Origin: Octopus bimaculoides
Taxonomy: Eukaryota
NCBI RefSeq assembly: GCF_001194135.2
Contig: NC_068981.1
Coordinates: 67,462,445-67,508,164, forward strand
Direction of reading: 5' to 3'
Length of the DNA stretch: 45,720 nt
In this document: positions 38,324-45,720 of the stretch, in pieces
Numbering within the stretch: the first letter of the stretch is position 1
Layout: each line of letters opens with the position of its first letter
Translations under genes and position numbers: made by a program
The notes under the pieces: generated by a model
Told to the model about the DNA's origin: nothing
The model's input: only the letters and a program-made list of their open reading frames with translations
Databases searched by the model: none

Positions 38324-38494
38324 AGCGGTGAGTTTGCAGAATCCTTTAGCAAACCGAAAAAAATGCTTAGCGGCATTTCGTCCGTCTGTACGTTCAAAGG
38401 TTGCCGAGGTCGTCTTTGCCTTTCATCCTTTCGGGGTCGATAAAATAAATACCAGTTGAGCACTGAGGTCAATATAGTCGACTAGACCCCCTCC
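38324..38494 (+). mobile_element. SINE family B, tandem second copy (3'-truncated)
   Basis: gcggtgagtttgcagaatc...tttgcctttcatcctttcggggtcgataaaataaataccagttgag. Confidence 0.85.
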
Positions 38495-38501
38495 TTTATT
38501 C

Positions 38502-38750
38502 ACATTATTTACATTATTTACAATTGACGGATATTTGTCCTCATCTTGTTTGTTGTTACACAACGTTTCGGCAGATATACCCTCCAGCCTTCAATAAGGT
38601 GTATTGGGGAAATTTCGAACCTGGGTTCTCATTCCTAAGGTATTTTTCGATGTTGTTATTATTATTATTATTATTAAGGCTACTGCCTGGAATCGAACTC
38701 CGAATCTTAGGGTAAGTAGCCCGCGCTCTTAACCACTATGTCATTTAAAC
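38502..38750 (-). mobile_element. SINE family C: tRNA head + (AAT)n + hammerhead-like module + (TAAATAATG)n tail
   Basis: Reverse complement: tgacatagtggttaag (A box) ... ggagttcgattcc (B box); colinear with 45391-45660. Confidence 0.85.
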
Positions 38751-39217
38751 TCAGTACGTGAAAACGGACAAGCTGCTGCTAGGGTATTTTGTCCTGTGGG
38801 CTAACAATTCTGCCAGCTCATCATATTAACAAAAACAAATGTCAACCTTCATATAACTCTTCATTATATTTATTTAAAATTAAACAACAACGTGAAATAA
38901 AATCGGAAATTTAGAATAAAGGTAGACAACCATATTGTACATAATTCTGCTTTCCTGATTATAATCAATCTTGATTATATTAAATGACAATATTCTACTA
39001 GTAATTGCCATAGCCAGCTCCAAAGCTACTGAATTAAACTGACGTGACCGAAAGGTCATACCATCTCACTTGCAACTGATACAATTGGAGTGATATTGCT
39101 ATACATACATGCATTGTTGTTGTCATGAGAACTTTCGCAAGAACGTGAAATAATATAGTTTTGGAGTTGAAGCTCGAAGCACACAAATGCTATAAATTAT
39201 TCCTTTCTACTGTAGGT

Positions 39218-39299
39218 ATTTGAACGCAGAACGTCAAGTAATAAGAAATGCTGCTAAGCATTTTCTCCGACACGCTAACGATTTGGCCAGCTCGCTGCC
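39218..39299 (-). mobile_element. SINE family B 5' fragment
   Basis: atttgaacgcagaacgt...gctaagcattttctccgacacgctaacgatttggccagctcgctgcc. Confidence 0.75.
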
Positions 39300-39335
39300 T
39301 TCTACTTTTTATTTATAAACACCTTTTCTTCTCTT

Positions 39336-39515
39336 GGCACAAGGCCAGGAATTTTGGGTGAGAGGGCCAGTCCATTACATCGACCCCAGTACCCAACTGG
39401 TACTTAATTTATCGACTCCGAAAGGATGAAAGCAAAGTCGACCTCGGCGGAATTTGAACTCAGAACGTAAAGACAGACGAAATACCGCTAGGTAACGTTT
39501 CTGCCAGCTCGACGT
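39336..39515 (-). mobile_element. SINE family B (small internal deletion near the head)
   Basis: ggcacaaggcc...atcgaccccagtacccaactggtac...gtcgacctcggcggaatttgaactcagaacgt...ctgccagctcg. Confidence 0.9.
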
Positions 39516-39844
39516 CTTCTACATGTTATGATAACAGCAATGATTTGTTATCTCATGACATTTTAGAAATTATCGGGAAACGGAACATTCTATAAAATCG
39601 GTTCTTGCAAAAAATAGGTACTTATTTTAGCAGCCCCATCATAATTCCACTTCGGAGAAATTTGAATATTCTACATCAGTTTGTCCGGCACGCTAGCGAT
39701 TCTACCATCCAAAGTAACACATGAAGTGCAAAAAGTAGGGATCAAGACATCAATAGATACAGATGAATTGCAGAATATCCCAGTAATTCTTGAAGATGGC
39801 ATTGCAAATGTGTCATGCATGTACATATGTGCATCAGCACAAGG

Positions 39845-39885
<41 letters not shown>

Positions 39886-41389
39886 TGCTATCGTTAGTTG
39901 TGCACTACAACAGAAGAATATTGTTTTCATCTTTATTTTGCAAAATATCTCTCTTATATCTTGGATCATATCAGTTAATGTTTATTAGTTTAAGTTTATT
40001 AGATATATATGCTAATACATCTCTGTAAGTAAACAACAATAGCTGTAATATTTCTGTGTGTACGTATATTTTTCTCTGGGACCCAATGTGTATAATCCAT
40101 GCATTATATGTAATATGTGTAAGTATACATGCGCGCGCGCACACACATACACACACTTATGCATATACATGTGTGTGTGTATGTATGCGCGTGTATATGT
40201 TTGTAAATGTGTGATTGAGTGTATGTCTGTGTATGTTTGTAAATGTGTGTTTCAGTTTGTGTGTGTTTGTGCATGTGCGTGTGCATGTGTGTGTGTATGT
40301 GTATAACCAGTGAAGTAGATAACTATTATGTTTTTTGTTTAACCTATATCACAATGATTAGATATATTATGTCGTATTTACTCTTCAGTTTCATCCACCT
40401 TATTTTGTGATAGTGACCAATAGTTTTGTTTTTTGACTGATTGCCGTCTCTAGGTCTGCAGTATTATAATGTATTTAAGGAGTATTCAAAATATCATTCT
40501 ATAGTTAATGTTAAAAATTTACACAGTATATTATGGAACCGTTCATATAGACAGACGCTAGAAAACAATACTAAAATCCCACTTTAATATAATGATTCAT
40601 AGCTCAGCAATTATAAAAGAAGCAATTTTGACTCCAAAACAAATCTTGTACTCAGAACATTCAAAACAAAGAGCACGTAAGATGAAGCTTTATATAAAAA
40701 GAAAATGCCTCTCACGTGTGATCTTCGGCATCTCTTTTATTGATGAAGAATTTTATTTCAGAGAGCCCACGCACTCAAACTGAATAAACAATATACTTCA
40801 TTCAAAGCAAATAATATTAGACGTTCATATGGATTTGGAAAATAATGGCTTGATCCATAAACTTGAAATAGCTATTGGAAAGTTCTTTGCAATAAGTTTT
40901 CGTTATATTATCAACAAGATATATATGAAAAAGAATCTGCTCTTTATCTACATTTATAAATCTATACACACGTGTATACCTATATTTCATATATTCTCGT
41001 TGTTTCATATGTTCCCGTGCCATATATCCCTGTTCGTTCATGTGTAACACGAAACTATGTCCATAATACATTAAAAGCCATAATCTGAAATAAGAATGTT
41101 CTGTCAAAGGTGAAAAGCCAAAAGATATCCGAAGTCAAATTCTATCAAATGACAATAACAAATGTCTTAAAGAAAAGTATGCTTTAGATAATGTAGCCTT
41201 AAATAACACAGAACATATAAAATGCTCACGGCAAGAGTGTTTTGATCATGAGTGTCCTTAGTTCATTTGCATAACTAAAGTGCAAATAAACAGGTTTAGG
41301 AAAACAAAATGCAGAATAGAGACCTGAAAATTAGTCTAATTTGGATTCTACATAAATAGCACTATTAATAACGAAATCATTCTTTGAAA

Positions 41390-41532
41390 CAGGGGTGTAC
41401 TGAGCCGTCGGTCAAACGGGCACAGCCAGAGGGCCCGGAGCTTTGAGGAGCCCGCACTATACATGTTAACTCTACTAAAATACACATTTACAGTTGTGCC
41501 CGAGGGCCCTTAATACTCTCAGTCCGCCCGTG
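41390..41532. mobile_element. 143-bp hAT-type MITE with 8-bp TSD
   Basis: Imperfect TIR caggggtgtactgag / ctcagtccgcccgtg; identical CTTTGAAA at 41382-41389 and 41533-41540. Confidence 0.85.
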
Positions 41533-41552
41533 CTTTGAAATGAAAAAGTAAC

Positions 41553-41589
<37 letters not shown>

Positions 41590-42211
41590 AATACACACAT
41601 GCACGCGCACGTGCAGGCACACATACTCACACACACGTATGGGTTCACTAAATGAACCAATGGTATAAAGTGTACATATGCATGTGTAGGCATAAATACG
41701 TATGTATGTTTACATACGTAAATGGAATGAGATCACTGCTTGCACATGCCGATAAAAACTTACATATACACTTGTATATATTTGTGCACGTAAGTGTACG
41801 TACTTGCAAGTCCATGTTTGGATATGTGTTTTTCATTGAGGTGAGTTTAACTAAGAAATCACAAAGCCTTTTTGTTTGAAATGTGATAGTTCCAATGATT
41901 TCTGAATATATGATTTGATATACATACACATGCACATATGCATGTATGTGTATTCGTATACACTCATATATATATATATATATGTATATATATATCCTCG
42001 TACATATGTATATACATACAAACAGAAAACACAATATCGTGTTACGTGCGGCTAATACTGGGAGTTTTGTAATCAGGTTTGATACATGAACAGTTAATCA
42101 ATTAAACTTATGTCAAAGGATTGACAATTGGGTATTGTGATTTTAAGAGTCTCTAAAGGCATTAAAGGGGTTAAGTGACATAGCTAGAACTAGCTCTTGA
42201 ATCTGGCTTAC

Positions 42212-42305
42212 TGGTATGGATCGTCGGACGCTAACGACTTGGAAACGGTGAGAAAATATCATGCTTGTGAGGATGGAGTAGATCGGTTTCATAAGATTCA
42301 TTGTC
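42212..42305 (-). other. Candidate exon (94 nt; open frame TMNLMKPIYSILTSMIFSHRFQVVSVRRSIP)
   Basis: Minus-strand acceptor cctttgtgtccag| and donor cca|gtaagc; one open frame. No recognised homolog. Confidence 0.25.
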
Positions 42306-42511
42306 CTGGACACAAAGGCATTTCAGTAAGCTTTGCGATTTATTGAAATTAAGAAGAATTAACATAGAAATAGAGATATTCAAATATCGGAATTTAGGAA
42401 AGGGCTTATATTACAGTTTAACAAATTGCATTCAAACGCACACGTACATACTCTCACAAACAAACCACAAACATACAAAGAAATGTGTGCGTATATATAT
42501 ATATATATGTG

Positions 42512-42574
<63 letters not shown>

Positions 42575-44049
42575 NNNNNNNNNNNNNNNNNNNNNNNNNN
42601 NNNNNNNNNNNNNNNNNNNNNNNNNNNNNNNNNNNNNNNNNNNNNNNNNNNNNNNNNNNNNNNNNNNNNNNNNNNNNNNNNNNNNNNNNNNNNNNNNNNN
42701 NNNNNNNNNNNNNNNNNNNNNNNNNNNNNNNNNNNNNNNNNNNNNNNNNNNNNNNNNNNNNNNNNNNNNNNNNNNNNNNNNNNNNNNNNNNNNNNNNNNN
42801 NNNNNNNNNNNNNNNNNNNNNNNNNNNNNNNNNNNNNNNNNNNNNNNNNNNNNNNNNNNNNNNNNNNNNNNNNNNNNNNNNNNNNNNNNNNNNNNNNNNN
42901 NNNNNNNNNNNNNNNNNNNNNNNNNNNNNNNNNNNNNNNNNNNNNNNNNNNNNNNNNNNNNNNNNNNNNNNNNNNNNNNNNNNNNNNNNNNNNNNNNNNN
43001 NNNNNNNNNNNNNNNNNNNNNNNNNNNNNNNNNNNNNNNNNNNNNNNNNNNNNNNNNNNNNNNNNNNNNNNNNNNNNNNNNNNNNNNNNNNNNNNNNNNN
43101 NNNNNNNNNNNNNNNNNNNNNNNNNNNNNNNNNNNNNNNNNNNNNNNNNNNNNNNNNNNNNNNNNNNNNNNNNNNNNNNNNNNNNNNNNNNNNNNNNNNN
43201 NNNNNNNNNNNNNNNNNNNNNNNNNNNNNNNNNNNNNNNNNNNNNNNNNNNNNNNNNNNNNNNNNNNNNNNNNNNNNNNNNNNNNNNNNNNNNNNNNNNN
43301 NNNNNNNNNNNNNNNNNNNNNNNNNNNNNNNNNNNNNNNNNNNNNNNNNNNNNNNNNNNNNNNNNNNNNNNNNNNNNNNNNNNNNNNNNNNNNNNNNNNN
43401 NNNNNNNNNNNNNNNNNNNNNNNNNNNNNNNNNNNNNNNNNNNNNNNNNNNNNNNNNNNNNNNNNNNNNNNNNNNNNNTATATATATACACATACATATA
43501 CAGTCACATAAGCATATACATGTATGCAGGTATTCGGGCATGAAATTCATTTGTACACTAATTTCCACAACCGTGGGATCGCAAAACATTTTGTGTCGCA
43601 TTAGTATTTGTGGCTTACTTTTTCAGTGATGGGGTGTAATAAATTAAAATGATTAAAAATAAGTTAAATTAACATATAAAATAGTTAACTAAAGAGCGAA
43701 GAAAAGATTAGTATAATGTTTACGTGGTTAGTCTAGGGGCATTCCAAAGAAGGTTGTGGATAAGGAAAAAAAGTATTTATTTTTTTTAACCAATGATTTC
43801 ATGGATTTAATTCAATTCTCAAAAACCCTGTTACACAAACCCAACAGGAAATAAACTCATCACTGAGTTCCGATGATCTACGCCAACACTTTAAAGGAGA
43901 CTGCACAGCTTGGTTGTGGGGTACATGCTCAGAGATATTAGAATATCTAGCTTTTATCGAAAGGTCAATATGCAAGTGTAGTCTGATCTAAGGAAAATCT
44001 ATACAAAAATTACCTGGGTAAATGATTTTTGTGTTCCAAAATATTGGTT

Positions 44050-44233
44050 TCAAATTTTGGCACAATGCCAGAAAGTTCGAAGAAGGGGGTAAAATAATTA
44101 CATCGAACCCAGTGCTCGACTGGTACTTATTTTATCGACCCTGAAAAGATGAATTTGAACTCAGAACGTAAGGACCGACGAAATACCATTAAGCATCCTG
44201 CCTGGTGTGCAAACGTTTCTGTCAGCTCGCTGT
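44050..44233 (-). mobile_element. SINE family B with internal deletion
   Basis: tttggcacaatgcc...catcgaacccagtgctcgactggtacttattttatcgaccctgaaaagatgaatttgaactcagaacgt...gtcagctcgc. Confidence 0.85.
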
Positions 44234-45128
44234 CTTATATGTTTTAAAATATTACTGACCAAAAATAATTCAAGATAAGTCTATATGCTGGTGTAGATTA
44301 ACTCCGGTTACAAAGTCTGACTTGGGGTGACAGGATAGGTGAAGGCACCAATGCAGTCGGGCCAGGTTTGTGGACCACTTCAAATCTGCCAGAGCGAGAA
44401 ATATGTATATACTACTCGATCATATAGCCAAATTTCAGCTAGTGGCATATTTACAGCAGTGTATTTTTTTTGTCTTCGTGTGATACATCACAAAACGACC
44501 ACGATAGATATGACTTATGCATGTGTAAACTGTATTGCTCTTACATAAGGATTACTCAGTTAGCGTTCTATTTAACGTTCACATCAGTTTATGATTCATC
44601 ATAATTATCCCTGTGTGTAGATGATGTTTCAGAAATACTGATAACTGTCTTCTGAATAATAAATACCTCCAGAAAGAGCTGAAGCATAAGTACACTTTAG
44701 AAGGTGATGTTATGAGAGAAAATTGCATTGGCTTTTTTAGCGTTTAATTCATTTAAGAAGCGAACCGCAATGCCTATGTTCACAAGGCAGAAAAATGATG
44801 CTTATTGTTGATTCCAAATCTGCCCCTCGAAACTGCGCCAGACTCTACTATATTATACAAGGTCCGATATATATCCAAATCAATATATTTTTTTACTTCT
44901 TCCAGCAATGAACACACACTTCATTTAATTGGCTCCGAGGAAGTTATACGATGTTTCACAAACATAAAGTTCTGAAGGAAAGCATTTTCTAATAGAAACA
45001 GAGGTAAGCTAATGGAAATTATAACGTAACGCATAATCATTTGCCACTCATTAATAGATAATACTATAAAGCATAAGTGTATCGAGATCTAACAGCGGGT
45101 TATTATTTGTATGTCTAAGCGAAATCAC

Positions 45129-45201
<73 letters not shown>

Positions 45202-45390
45202 GTATGTGTATATGTGCGTGTGGTTCAAATGTAAAGAAAACAAAAGATAGAGACAGGTGAGGGTGCAACTAGTAGGTGCTATTAGTTTGAAACTGAGGGA
45301 GAAAAATGGAATAGTCTTTGGTTTTTCTTCGACAGGAAAAGGTTGAAAGGAAAAATGGGGAGAGGAATAAAAAATCGAGTCCGGATTAAT

Positions 45391-45474
45391 GGGCATATGG
45401 CGTAGTGTTTAAGAGCGCGGGCTACTAACTCCAAGATTCGGAGTTCAATTCCAGGCAGTGACCTTAATAATAAC

Positions 45475-45512
<38 letters not shown>

Positions 45513-45660
45513 CAACAACAACAACAACAACATCGATAAATTGGAATGAGAACCAAGGTTTTGAAATTTCCACAAGACACCTGATGAAGCCGAAACAGTG
45601 TGTTAACGACAAACAAGATTTGGACAAGTATACGTCAAATATAAATATTGTAAATAACGT
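45391..45660 (+). mobile_element. SINE family C: tRNA head + (AAT/AAC)n + hammerhead-like module
   Basis: tggcgtagtgtttaag (A box), ggagttcaattcc (B box), microsatellite ~45465-45530, then gacac CTGATGA agcc GAAA cagtgtgtt at 45576-45604. Confidence 0.85.
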
Positions 45661-45720
45661 ATACATACATACATACATACATACATACATACATACATGC
45701 GTGCATATATATACACATAT

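Noticed and set aside
39039-39060. CTGACG followed by hairpin TGACC-GAAA-GGTCA
   Set aside because: GAAA is the loop rather than following stem II, and the core is incomplete; not a hammerhead.
42301-43629. Long ORFs of 200-440 aa here and at 3772, 25713 and 26889
   Set aside because: They span N-gaps and dinucleotide repeats. Eleven gaps (973-1049, 3971-4535, 14307-14498, 17543-17639, 20004-20261, 25833-26425, 26974-27729, 29857-29962, 31729-32049, 37456-37504, 42575-43478) mostly abut (AT)n/(GT)n runs and are assembly artefacts.
45391-45463. tRNA-like sequence (also the heads of SINE families A and B)
   Set aside because: No clean acceptor stem, and it continues into the same downstream module in two copies; a SINE head, not a tRNA gene.
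1-45720. CRISPR arrays, rRNA genes or prokaryotic operons
   Set aside because: None seen; the sequence is eukaryotic repeat-rich DNA with no regularly spaced repeat-spacer array.

Overview
Eukaryotic, AT-rich, microsatellite-dense intronic or intergenic DNA. The SINE families and (CA)n/(AT)n/(GATA)n density suggest an octopod cephalopod; this is inference from recalled repeat families, not a database hit. About 3.9 kb (11 blocks) is N-gap. No intact host gene is supportable; only a few short candidate exons were seen. The window is a transposon graveyard: three tRNA-headed SINE families, decayed Penelope-like element (PLE) remnants, R4/Dong-, RTE- and CR1/Jockey-like LINE 3' ends, a DD34D mariner joined to a DD37D (maT-like) element, a hAT-type MITE with a perfect 8-bp TSD, and three diverged fold-back (inverted-arm) elements. 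The most notable signal is a set of hammerhead-ribozyme-like motifs found by eye. One is a near-intact type I motif at 23279-23342 (-) and another lies at 9363-9407 (-). A third sits inside a SINE family present twice (38502-38750 -, 45391-45660 +), built as tRNA head + (AAT)n + minimal hammerhead module; the two-copy consensus restores a canonical core. Most boundaries are approximate, and all family and structure calls were made by eye.
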